Assembly (NCBI GenBank): GCA_947246685.1
Contig: CAMXSN010000001.1
Span: 273,643 to 337,642, forward strand
Source: an uncultured Clostridia bacterium
GTDB taxonomy: Bacteria > Bacillota > Clostridia > Christensenellales > UBA3700
Direction: 5' to 3'
DNA: 64,000 nt
Translations under genes and position numbers: made by a program
Shown: positions 51,807 through 60,546 of the stretch, in pieces
Position numbering within the stretch: the stretch's first letter is position 1
Layout: each line of letters begins with the position of its first letter
The notes under the pieces: model-generated
What the model was told of the DNA's origin: nothing
What the model saw: the letters and a program-made list of their open reading frames with translations, nothing else
The model's database searches: none

Positions 51807-52814
51807 CTAGACGAGAACGGCAATCAACGCTATCGCGCTCATTATAAACGTTATCAGCGCATAAAATCCGACTACTCTGTTCTCATGAATACCTTTATAT
51901 TCCAAATGATGATGATAAGGAGCTATGAGGAAAATCCTCTTTTTTCTCAACTTAAAACTGATCACTTGCAATATTACTGATATGCAGGAGACTATATACA
52001 TTATGCCTAATAGAAGAAGAATAAGGGGCTGAGATATGAAAATTGCTATGCTTGCAACCGCGCCGCCCACAGCGAGCGAGCCGGTATCTCCCATAAATAT
52101 ATTTGCGGGATAATTGTTCTGCCACACAAACGCAAGCATCGCTCCCAACATTGCGCCCGTAAAATATTCGAGCGAAATAAGCTGCTGCGCATAAAACGTC
52201 TGTCCCATTCCGGACGCGACGTAATAACAGACGTAAACTATCAGCGCAAGAAACACGAGATTGACCGACGACGTCTTGGCGACAAGACCGTCCAATCCGT
52301 CCGTAAGATTGACCGCGTTGGTCATAGCAAGATAGATAAAAAGACAAAACGGCACAAACCACCATTGCAGATCAAACGTGACGTCGGTAAAAGGAAGCTC
52401 AATAGTCGATCCGATAAAAGCATTCTTATAACAGTAAAAAGACGCTATTATTCCTATACCGAACTGACCGATAATCTTCTGATATGCTTTTAGTCCTTTA
52501 TTGTGTTTGAATTTGACTTTGAGAAAATCGTCCAACAGTCCGATAAGCCCGTAACTCAGCGTGATAGCCATTGCCACTATGCCCATCTTTTCGCCTTTTA
52601 TGGAAAATATCAGCGTGACGACAGCCATCGGCAGTAAAAATATCATACCGCCCATAGTGGGAGTTCCGCTCTTTCCCTCATGCTTGTCCACGTATTCCAA
52701 TATGGGCTGACCGGCTTTGAGCGCCTTCATCAGCCTGATAATAAGCGGCGAAATCAACATCGCCAACACAAAAGAAGTAATAACGGCAAGAATAATCTTA
52801 ATCTCTGCGCTCAT
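51807..52814 (-). CDS. mraY: Phospho-N-acetylmuramoyl-pentapeptide transferase
   Basis: Motifs NLTDGLDGL and FMGDTGSLA. The ATG at 52814 follows GGAGA. Confidence 0.95.
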   Translation of the reverse strand: MSAEIKIILAVITSFVLAMLISPLIIRLMKALKAGQPILEYVDKHEGKSGTPTMGGMIFLLPMAVVTLIFSIKGEKMGIVAMAITLSYGLIGLLDDFLKVKFKHNKGLKAYQKIIGQFGIGIIASFYCYKNAFIGSTIELPFTDVTFDLQWWFVPFCLFIYLAMTNAVNLTDGLDGLVAKTSSVNLVFLALIVYVCYYVASGMGQTFYAQQLISLEYFTGAMLGAMLAFVWQNNYPANIFMGDTGSLAVGGAVASIAIFISQPLILLLLGIMYIVSCISVILQVISFKLRKKRIFLIAPYHHHLEYKGIHENRVVGFYALITFIMSAIALIAVLV

Positions 52815-52892
52815 CTGTTTCTCCAAATTTTGCTATCCGATAAATATTTTCTTTCGTACGCAAAAGCTTCTGCGGATCAATACGTATTGCCC

Positions 52893-54329
52893 TCAGCCTA
52901 TCCATCTCCTTACCTCTTGCATATCGCTGTAAGGAATCTTTATGTTGTTTTCGTCTATATAATTTTCGCTGCCTTTGCCCGCTATGAATACTATATCGCC
53001 GCTGTCGGCAAGTTCTATGCCTAGTTTTATCGCCTTGGCTCTGTCAAGTTCTACGTATAGACGTCCCTTGGGATTGACTCCTTGCAATATATCCGTTGCT
53101 ATACCCTCGCGGCTTTCCGTACGCGGATTGTCGGAAGTGATTATGACCACGTCGCTCATCTCCGTCGCTATCTTGCCCATTATCGGTCGTTTTGTAACGT
53201 CTCGATCTCCTCCGCAGCCGAATATCGTAATCACCCTGTTGTCCGTCATCTCTCTGCCTTCTTTGAGAAGATTATAAAGTCCGTCGGGAGTATGAGCAAA
53301 ATCGACGACGTACATGATACCGTTTTTTCTTATTACGTTAAAGCGTCCTTCTGGACAGTCGACGTTTCTCAAAGTCTGCATTATCTGCGCGTTGGTAAGT
53401 CCGACCTTTTTGACTGCAACCAAAGCTCCCAAAATATTGTAGATGTTGAATCTTCCGAAAAATTTGCAATCTACGTCCAATATATCGTCAAGCACGTTGG
53501 CGACAAAACTCTCTCCGTATTGCGTCTGAGTGATATTTATCGCAAACGCGTCGCTGGGATTTTCCAGCCCGTAAGTAATTATCGGCAGATTGTCTTCTTT
53601 TATAATCTCCAAACCCAGCGCGTCGTCGACGTTGATAATGGCAAGTTTTGTATTCCGTTTGTCAAAATAACTCTTTTTGCATTTTGCATAATCGCTCATA
53701 TTGCCGAAAAAGTCAAGATGGTCCTGAGATAGATTGGTAAATACGCTCATCTCGCTGCGCACGCCGTAAAGTTTGTTGAGATAAATAGCGTGCGCGGACA
53801 GTTCCATAACCACGTATTTCATTCCGCTGGCAAGCATACGCGCAAACAATTCCTGCAATTGAATCGGATCGGGAGTGGTGAGATTGGACGCCAGCTTAAC
53901 GTCGCCGTACTCGTAATACATAGTGCCGATAAGTCCGCATTCGACGCCGTTTCTGTGCAACAATTCTTTGATAAGATATGAAGTCGTCGACTTACCGTTG
54001 GTGCCGACGACGGTTATCACCTTGAGGCTGTCGGTCGGATTGCCGTAAAAATTGGATGCCATTACGCTATAAGCCTTTCTCGTGTCGGCGACTTTGACCA
54101 CCGTCGCCAATTTATTGGAATAGTCGCTGCTGCATATGACCGCTCCGGCTCCTCTGGCGATGGCTTCGTTGGCAAAGTTGTGTCCGTCGGAATGAGTTCC
54201 TACCAAACAGATAAAACAGTCGCCCTCTTCGACTTCCTGAGAATTAATCCTTATTTTGTTGACGTCTATATCCAAATCGCCGTCAACCTGCGCTATATCG
54301 CATTGCTCTAATAACCGTCTTAGTTGCAT
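52893..54329 (-). CDS. murE: UDP-MurNAc-tripeptide synthetase (meso-DAP type by its DNPR motif)
   Basis: Motifs GTNGKSTT and ITSDNPRTE. Confidence 0.94.
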   Translation of the reverse strand: MQLRRLLEQCDIAQVDGDLDIDVNKIRINSQEVEEGDCFICLVGTHSDGHNFANEAIARGAGAVICSSDYSNKLATVVKVADTRKAYSVMASNFYGNPTDSLKVITVVGTNGKSTTSYLIKELLHRNGVECGLIGTMYYEYGDVKLASNLTTPDPIQLQELFARMLASGMKYVVMELSAHAIYLNKLYGVRSEMSVFTNLSQDHLDFFGNMSDYAKCKKSYFDKRNTKLAIINVDDALGLEIIKEDNLPIITYGLENPSDAFAINITQTQYGESFVANVLDDILDVDCKFFGRFNIYNILGALVAVKKVGLTNAQIMQTLRNVDCPEGRFNVIRKNGIMYVVDFAHTPDGLYNLLKEGREMTDNRVITIFGCGGDRDVTKRPIMGKIATEMSDVVIITSDNPRTESREGIATDILQGVNPKGRLYVELDRAKAIKLGIELADSGDIVFIAGKGSENYIDENNIKIPYSDMQEVRRWIG

Positions 54330-54384
54330 AACCGCTCCTTTAATGCCTGCGCGTAATTTTATTTATAATCTCGCAGCGCATATT

Positions 54385-54413
54385 ATAATAGTTCAAAATT
54401 TTCATACTTTCAA
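54385..54413 (-). promoter_or_regulatory. Candidate internal sigma-A promoter upstream of murE
   Basis: Minus strand: TTGAAA, 17 nt, TATTAT, in the 149-nt pbp-murE gap. Confidence 0.4.
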
Positions 54414-54478
54414 GGGCTTTAACAATCTTCGACATTATCGCCTTATATTAGAAAATATTATCATTTACCACCGTTATA

Positions 54479-56380
54479 CTATTCCGTTGAGAAGTATACT
54501 ACGGAAGTAGTCCTGACCTTCTGTCCTGCAACGGGGAACTGATACGTAACCTTACCGCCTTCGCCCGCAAATTCATAGTCCAATCCAGCTTTTTTGAGCG
54601 CGACGGAAGCGTCTGCTATGGACATTCCCAGAATATCTGGCATCGGCACTTCTGTATATCCCGCACCCTCGTCGTCGCCGTAAGTCGGCCGGATGTTTTT
54701 ATAAGCGTAAATATTGGAGAAAATCTTTCCCACGTACGGCGCCGCGACTATACTGCCGTAATAAGCGTAGCCCTGCGGTTCGTCGACAAGCATCAAACAT
54801 ACGAGCGTATCGTCTCCGACGTCCGTAAATCCGATAAACGACGATATATATTTTCCTCTTGCGATAGCGCCGTTTTCATATTTTTGAGCAGTACCCGTCT
54901 TTCCGCCGATGTTGTAGCCTGCGACGTATGCATTTTTTCCGCTGCCTTCAGAGACTACGCTGTAAAGATAATCTTTCATCTGCGAAGAAGTATCGGGACT
55001 TACGGTCTTGCCTATGACTTTGGGAATATGAGAATATGCCGTGTTGCCTTTGCCGTCTTCGATACTGCCGACAACATAGGGCTGGTAGAGTTTTCCTCCG
55101 TTGACAACAGAACACACCGCCGACGCAAGCTGAATAGGAGTGACGGCTATCGCCTGCCCGAAACCTATTCTCGCAATATCCACGTTCTGAACTCGCTCGG
55201 GATTGAGCATTATTCCCTTTGCTTCGCCGCTTACGTCAACTCCCGTCTTCTGCCCGAGACCGAATTTGGAAAAATAATCGTACATCGTGTCTTTGCCGAC
55301 GCTCAATGCGATATCCATAAACACGCAGTTACATGAATTTTGAATTCCCTTTCTGAAATCCTGACTTCCGTGTCCTATACTTCTCCAACATTTAATGCGC
55401 TGCCCGTCAACAACGCTTCCTCCGCCGCAATAATAGGACTTCTTTATCGCATTTTGCTCGATGCCTATCGCGGAAGTGAGTATCTTGAACGTCGATCCGG
55501 GTTCATACACGTCGGTAACGAGCAAATTTCTCGAACCTTTGAGCAATAGCTCCATATCGTCTCGCGGAATGTCATTGAGATCATAGGTGGGAGCGCTCGC
55601 CATTGCCAGCACCGCCCCTGTGTTGGCGCTCATGATTATGCAGCTTGCCGAATTGGAATTGTAAGTTTTCTGCGCGTCTTGAACCGCTTTTTGCGCAAAA
55701 TTTTGCATATAATAATCAATAGTTAAATTTGTAGTCATTCCTTTAATAGAATCTACATAGGTCGTGACGTTTGAAGACAGTTTTCTGCCTATAAGATCCG
55801 TCTGCGTGTACGACGCTCCGTCAACTCCTTTAAGATAACTGTCGTAATACATTTCCACTCCGCTCTGTCCTACTCCGTCGCTATTGGTAAATCCAAGCAC
55901 CTGCGTAAGAAAATTTCCGTAAGCGTAATATCTGTCGCTGTTGGCAGTCAGATACAATCCCTGAACGTCGGTCGCTATAAGAGACAGCATCTGATTTTTG
56001 GTAAGATTTTTTGCCACCGTTATTTCGCTGACGCCTTTTTTCGACAGCTTTTCGGCGAGTTTATCTCTATCCATATCGATGATATCGGCAATGCTGTCGG
56101 CGATGTAATTTATATTTTTCATTTCGTTGGGTCTTGCATACAACGTATAACTGGTCGCGCTTTTCGCCAAAACGATTCCGTTGGCGTCGACAATATCTCC
56201 GCGTTCAGCGCGGAAAGGAAGCTCTCTCGTCCATTGGTCGTAAGCGCGATACTGCAAAGTTTCGCCCCAAATTACCTGCAAGTAAAACAACCTGCCGAAC
56301 AAAAGCGCAAAAATAAAAACAAGCAGCACAACGCTGATAATCAATTTTTTCTTTGTAGAAAACTGCGAAATTTTGTCCAC
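54479..56380 (-). CDS. Class B penicillin-binding transpeptidase (FtsI/SpoVD type) with a C-terminal PASTA domain
   Basis: An N-terminal TM helix, then the STFK, SCN and KTGT motifs. The PASTA-like tail is MPDILGMSIADASVALKKAGL. Confidence 0.92.
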   Translation of the reverse strand: MDKISQFSTKKKLIISVVLLVFIFALLFGRLFYLQVIWGETLQYRAYDQWTRELPFRAERGDIVDANGIVLAKSATSYTLYARPNEMKNINYIADSIADIIDMDRDKLAEKLSKKGVSEITVAKNLTKNQMLSLIATDVQGLYLTANSDRYYAYGNFLTQVLGFTNSDGVGQSGVEMYYDSYLKGVDGASYTQTDLIGRKLSSNVTTYVDSIKGMTTNLTIDYYMQNFAQKAVQDAQKTYNSNSASCIIMSANTGAVLAMASAPTYDLNDIPRDDMELLLKGSRNLLVTDVYEPGSTFKILTSAIGIEQNAIKKSYYCGGGSVVDGQRIKCWRSIGHGSQDFRKGIQNSCNCVFMDIALSVGKDTMYDYFSKFGLGQKTGVDVSGEAKGIMLNPERVQNVDIARIGFGQAIAVTPIQLASAVCSVVNGGKLYQPYVVGSIEDGKGNTAYSHIPKVIGKTVSPDTSSQMKDYLYSVVSEGSGKNAYVAGYNIGGKTGTAQKYENGAIARGKYISSFIGFTDVGDDTLVCLMLVDEPQGYAYYGSIVAAPYVGKIFSNIYAYKNIRPTYGDDEGAGYTEVPMPDILGMSIADASVALKKAGLDYEFAGEGGKVTYQFPVAGQKVRTTSVVYFSTE

Positions 56381-56444
56381 TGTTCACCTCGATATAAACG
56401 CTCTACAATAAGATATTGCGAGCGTCGGACAATTATTCTGCAAA

Positions 56445-56476
56445 ACAAAAAGACGGCTCGTTCAAGTCGTCTTTTT
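56445..56476 (-). terminator. Hairpin/terminator inside the dcw cluster (after the Q/N-rich gene)
   Basis: AAAAAGACG-N12-CGTCTTTTT, which is bidirectional in form. Confidence 0.55.
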
Positions 56477-56511
56477 GTAGTTAAATATATTAAGATGGAG
56501 TGTGTGAAAGT

Positions 56512-57207
56512 CTAATTTAATTTGCCGCCGAGAAAGTCGCACAGTTTGTCAAACCAATTCGTGCTTTGCTCGTATTCGTAATCGGGTATCGTCTCTACTT
56601 GATTCATAACTACGCTTCCGTCGACCGTAGCCGCGCTGGCGATAAGTTCGCCGTCAACAGCCTGAACCGATCCGCTCTCCGCAGCAACCTCGCCGCCTGA
56701 TATAAACTGATTGGCAATGAGCAATCCGCAGATAGCAAGCGCGACTACCATAATAGTAACGACTATCTTAATCATGTCGGAATTGATATTTTTCTTTTTG
56801 CTGCCCGCGCTTCTCTGTTCGCTTATTCTCTTGGCTTGAGCCGAATAATCGTAATTTTGATTGACAAGCATATCCTGTCTGTATTGCTCGGCGCGATTCA
56901 TGCCGGCATCTCCGTCGAAATTATACTGAGGAGCGGTATAGCCGCCCGATACGAATTGATTAGCTTGGTCTTGATAAAAACTTGCTACGAATTGAGGCGG
57001 TACGTTGGGCTGAGCGTTGTATTGCGGCATGGAATTGTACTGACCCGAATATTGCGCGCCGAAATTATTATAGGCGTTGTTTTGAACGTAGCCCTGCTGC
57101 ATATTGCCGGTAGCCTGTCTGTAAAACACGTCTCTTTCGGGAGCCTGCTGCTCATAATTGGCGTAATCCTGCGCCTGTCTTCTTTTTTCCTTAGTCAGTA
57201 ATGCCAT
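56512..57207 (-). CDS. Hypothetical bitopic protein with a Q/N/Y-rich N-terminus, in the ftsL slot
   Basis: 231 aa with a GAGGTGA SD. Residues about 1-125 are Q/N/Y-rich. A single TM helix reads IKIVVTIMVVALAICGLLIANQFI. No FtsL-like coiled coil is evident. Confidence 0.7.
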   Translation of the reverse strand: MALLTKEKRRQAQDYANYEQQAPERDVFYRQATGNMQQGYVQNNAYNNFGAQYSGQYNSMPQYNAQPNVPPQFVASFYQDQANQFVSGGYTAPQYNFDGDAGMNRAEQYRQDMLVNQNYDYSAQAKRISEQRSAGSKKKNINSDMIKIVVTIMVVALAICGLLIANQFISGGEVAAESGSVQAVDGELIASAATVDGSVVMNQVETIPDYEYEQSTNWFDKLCDFLGGKLN

Positions 57208-57228
57208 CCGTATTCACCTCCAATATAA

Positions 57229-58164
57229 CTATACCCTTTCCGCGATTCTCAACTTCGCGCTCGCCGACCTCGAATTTTCCCGCAACTCACCCTCTGTTGC
57301 AACCGTCGGCTTCTTAGTGATTATTTCCACTTCTTTTCTTTTGTTACACGTACATATCGGTTGATGCGGAGGACAGACGCATTCTTTATTGAGCTCTACA
57401 AACGCCCTTTTAATTATTCTGTCCTCCAGAGAGTGGAAAGTAATTATACAAATTCTTCCACCGACTTTCAACCTCAAAGCCAATTCATTGACCGCTTTGT
57501 CTAAATCTTTGAGTTCCCCGTTGACTTCTATTCTTATCGCCTGAAAAGTCCTTTTGCAGGGATTGCCGAATTTCCATCTAAGTTTTGCGGGATAACTCTC
57601 CTCTATTATCGATGCAAGCTGACCCGTGGTCTTTATCTCTTGCTTGCTCCGATATTCCGCTATATTTCTCGAGATTTTTCTAGCCAGTTTATCTTCGCCG
57701 TAACGCCATATTATGTCCGCAAGCCTGTCTTCGCCGTATTCGTTGACTACGTTGTAAGCGCTGAGATACTGTCCTCTGTCCATTCTCATATCGAGCGGCG
57801 CGTCTGCATTGTAAGAAAAACCTCTTTCTCCGTTGTCGAGCTGATAGGAAGAAACTCCCAAGTCTATCAGCACTCCGTCTATCTCACCGACGCCCAATTC
57901 GTCCAACCGACCGGCTGCGTTTTTGAAATCGTCGTGTATATAAACTACTTTGTCATTATAACTGTCCAGTCTTGTCTTTGCTGCGGATATCGCTTCTTCG
58001 TCTTTGTCAAAGGCAATCAGTCTGCCGTTTTTCCCTAGCCTCGAAGCTATATGGAAACTGTGTCCTCCGCCGCCTAACGTGCAATCCACATATATGCCGT
58101 CCGGCTTGATATCAAGTCCGTCAATGCACTCGTCAAGCATTACCGGCACATGTCTGAATTCCAT
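57229..58164 (-). CDS. rsmH: 16S rRNA m4C1402 methyltransferase
   Basis: Sequences MEFRHVPVML and DCTLGGGGHS. The ATG at 58164 follows AGGTGA. Confidence 0.95.
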   Translation of the reverse strand: MEFRHVPVMLDECIDGLDIKPDGIYVDCTLGGGGHSFHIASRLGKNGRLIAFDKDEEAISAAKTRLDSYNDKVVYIHDDFKNAAGRLDELGVGEIDGVLIDLGVSSYQLDNGERGFSYNADAPLDMRMDRGQYLSAYNVVNEYGEDRLADIIWRYGEDKLARKISRNIAEYRSKQEIKTTGQLASIIEESYPAKLRWKFGNPCKRTFQAIRIEVNGELKDLDKAVNELALRLKVGGRICIITFHSLEDRIIKRAFVELNKECVCPPHQPICTCNKRKEVEIITKKPTVATEGELRENSRSASAKLRIAERV

Positions 58165-58174
58165 CGCGCTCACC

Positions 58175-58627
58175 TTAATAAGTAAAGGTCGAACCGTCTT
58201 TGGTCTTGATGGAATCGCTCTTGCCCGATCTTCTGTCGGCTACGTAAGCGTCATATACGGCTTTGTCCCAAAGCTCTATCTTCTTACCCATTCCGATAAA
58301 TATCAAATCTTTGGAAATACCCAATTCCTCTCTGAGATAATTGGGAAGAGTAAATCTGCCTTGCTTATCCTCGACCAACTCGACTATGCTCATGTAGAAG
58401 TCTCTCATCAGCTTAACGGAATCGTCTTCTTCTACTCCTACTCCGTCGCTAAGTTTTGCCAACATATCGTCGAGCGTATCCTGTCCGAAAATGCTGAGAT
58501 AGTTGCCGTTCTTATTCTTGTAACCGTAGATTTTGGTATCCCCCAAAGAAGCTCTGTACAATGCCGGCACTCTCAATCTTCCGCGCTCGTCAGCTTGAAT
58601 ATTAATCATTCCAAAAACCGGCTTCAT
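58175..58627 (-). CDS. mraZ: Transcriptional regulator MraZ
   Basis: 150 aa with two SpoVT/AbrB-like halves (GRLRVPA, GRFTLPNYLRE). It is the first gene of the dcw cluster. Confidence 0.94.
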   Translation of the reverse strand: MKPVFGMINIQADERGRLRVPALYRASLGDTKIYGYKNKNGNYLSIFGQDTLDDMLAKLSDGVGVEEDDSVKLMRDFYMSIVELVEDKQGRFTLPNYLREELGISKDLIFIGMGKKIELWDKAVYDAYVADRRSGKSDSIKTKDGSTFTY

Positions 58628-58654
58628 ATAGACCTCCTTCTCAGTTACAAATAC

Positions 58655-58683
58655 ATTATATCGTCTTTAATATTGTTTGTCAA
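58655..58683 (-). promoter_or_regulatory. Perfect-consensus sigma-A promoter of mraZ/dcw
   Basis: Minus strand: TTGACA, 17 nt, TATAAT, then a 27-nt leader with an AAGGAGG SD. Confidence 0.65.
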
Positions 58684-58928
58684 TAATTTTATCCTTTTTT
58701 TTCCCAAAGATTTACAATTTTTCCATTTTTATTGATATTCTTAAATATTATATACTATGTATATAATAAATAATTATATATCTAAAAATAGTACGTAAAA
58801 CGCTTGAATTTTTCGGAAATTTTTTAACATAATATTCAAAAATTAACGAGATTTCGACAGTTTTGGGAAAATTTTGGAAAAAATATAAACCTCAATCAAA
58901 CGTAACTCACTGCCGAATATAAAGACAA

Positions 58929-58958
58929 TAAAAAACGCTCGGCAGCATGCCGAGCGTT
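58929..58958 (-). terminator. Rho-independent terminator after the metallophosphoesterase gene
   Basis: Minus strand: AACGCTCGGC-atgct-GCCGAGCGTT followed by TTTTTATT. Confidence 0.8.
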
Positions 58959-58981
58959 AAGCTCAAGATCGAAAATCTAAA

Positions 58982-59668
58982 TCAGTATATCTTAACGAGT
59001 TTGTTATCCACTTTGTCGCACGAGGTCAAATAATATTTAATATTATTCAATTCCAAATAATTCTTTGCCCTGCAATCTTTGCCGTGCAAATGCCCGTACA
59101 CCACGCAGTCGGCTTGGAATTTTTCAAATATATCGGTATACACGCTTTTAGAGAACGTCGCGTCAAACGGCGGATAGTGACACATCACAATGAGTTTATC
59201 CCCCTGTTCTCTTAACTGCGAAGCTTTATTAAGCGACATCTCCAATCTTATCGCTTCGCGCGCATTAATTTTTTTATCGTCGGCGCTTTGAGAATACACG
59301 TTCCATAGACGGCTGCCGGCAATAACGTAATCGCCGAATTTCAACGCGTCGTTTTGAATCACGTAAAAATTCTCGGGAATCGCATCCCTTATCTTACCAA
59401 GCGAAATCCACCAATAATCGTGATTTCCCTTTATCAGCACTTTTTTGCCCGGCAACTTTGCGATTTCCCTGATATCGGCAAGAGCGTTGTTTAACGTCAT
59501 CGCCCACGATATATCCCCGGCAATGAGCACAATATCGTCGTTGCAAACCTTTTGTCTCCAATCGTCGCAGATCTTCTGCCAATAATTATCCCAACAAGCC
59601 CCGAATATATCCATGGGCTTGTCCTCGGAAAAAGAAAGATGCAAGTCGCTGATTGCGTATACGTTCAT
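58982..59668 (-). CDS. Calcineurin-like metallophosphoesterase
   Basis: Motifs DLHL, GDISWA, GNHDYW and GHLHG. The preferred start is MNVYAISDLHL at 59668. The track ORF starts 16 codons earlier. Confidence 0.85.
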   Translation of the reverse strand: MNVYAISDLHLSFSEDKPMDIFGACWDNYWQKICDDWRQKVCNDDIVLIAGDISWAMTLNNALADIREIAKLPGKKVLIKGNHDYWWISLGKIRDAIPENFYVIQNDALKFGDYVIAGSRLWNVYSQSADDKKINAREAIRLEMSLNKASQLREQGDKLIVMCHYPPFDATFSKSVYTDIFEKFQADCVVYGHLHGKDCRAKNYLELNNIKYYLTSCDKVDNKLVKIY

Positions 59669-59674
59669 ATATTT

Positions 59675-59703
59675 ATTATACATAAAATTCAGAATATACT
59701 CAA
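59675..59703 (-). promoter_or_regulatory. Sigma-A promoter placed for a leaderless metallophosphoesterase mRNA
   Basis: Minus strand: TTGAGT, 17 nt, TATAAT, 6 nt (aaatat), then ATG. No SD. Confidence 0.45.
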
Positions 59704-59747
59704 CTGTTTTCCGCATTTGCGGCGTAGGTTTATAAAACTATTGCGAT

Positions 59748-59761
59748 AATATTATAATATT
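59748..59761. repeat. 14-bp perfect palindrome AATATTATAATATT (copy 3 of 3)
   Basis: An exact string, 45 nt upstream of the -35 of the metallophosphoesterase promoter. Confidence 0.9.
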
Positions 59762-59865
59762 ATTACTTTATCTAATTTTTTATAATAATCATTAAATTTA
59801 ACCGATTAAGCGACTAACAAATATAAAGGTAGTAGGTCATACTACCCTTATATCGCATATTGATT

Positions 59866-60546
59866 TCAGTTGCAGTTGAGATTGCACTTGCATCTGGGAT
59901 CCACGCCGCACTCTTGCGGATATAACGGCAAGTCGAACACGCCGTCGCATACCTGCTCATTGTATTCATGACAAGGCGGTATGTAGCAGTAACCGTAGCT
60001 GGGAACAAGCAAATGAACCTGCATAATAACTTTGAGTATCGTAGTAAGGCAAGCCGTAATATTAAACGTATTGTCGCTGACGTAATTACCCATAACGCTG
60101 TAAATCGAAGCGGTCGCAACGATAGAATACGGCATTACCGACGGAGCCGACGTATGCAATACGACGTCTCTGGACACCGATACCGTTCCGCTTCCAAATG
60201 CTCTTGTACCGTTGGCGTCGGTAAATTGCACCTGAATGGGCACCGTTATGGTACACTGAACTCTCGAAAAACACGGATCGTCTTTGAGCGGAGTAACGAT
60301 CAAATCGCTTATCGTCGCCTGCGTAGACGTGGCGCTTGCGCTGACAAACGTATACGGTTGAACAAGTCCGGTCGACGGAGTAACGTCCGTCAATGCTACC
60401 GTCAAATCAGTCAAAGTCTCCTGTCTCATACACATATCGATTACTTTATCGCACTGAATACACGCTCTCTCACATATCCCACTCAAGCCGTTCCCTCTAA
60501 TCGGTCCGGGAATTTTATCCGACTTGCAGTTGTTGGAAAATGACAT
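59866..60546 (-). CDS. Cysteine-rich orphan protein (15 Cys; candidate spore coat/exosporium component)
   Basis: 226 aa with a strong AGGAGG SD and no signal peptide or TM helix. The Cys clusters lie at both ends (CERACIQCDKVIDMC ... CYIPPCHEYNEQVC...CGVDPRCKCNLNCN) around a T/S/V-rich, beta-looking core. Confidence 0.7.
   Translation of the reverse strand: MSFSNNCKSDKIPGPIRGNGLSGICERACIQCDKVIDMCMRQETLTDLTVALTDVTPSTGLVQPYTFVSASATSTQATISDLIVTPLKDDPCFSRVQCTITVPIQVQFTDANGTRAFGSGTVSVSRDVVLHTSAPSVMPYSIVATASIYSVMGNYVSDNTFNITACLTTILKVIMQVHLLVPSYGYCYIPPCHEYNEQVCDGVFDLPLYPQECGVDPRCKCNLNCN

Noticed and set aside
58853-58859. A second Spo0A-box heptamer (TTCGACA on the plus strand) upstream of the mraZ promoter.
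   Set aside because: A 7-mer is expected several times by chance in 64 kb on two strands, and it has no positional relationship to a promoter here.
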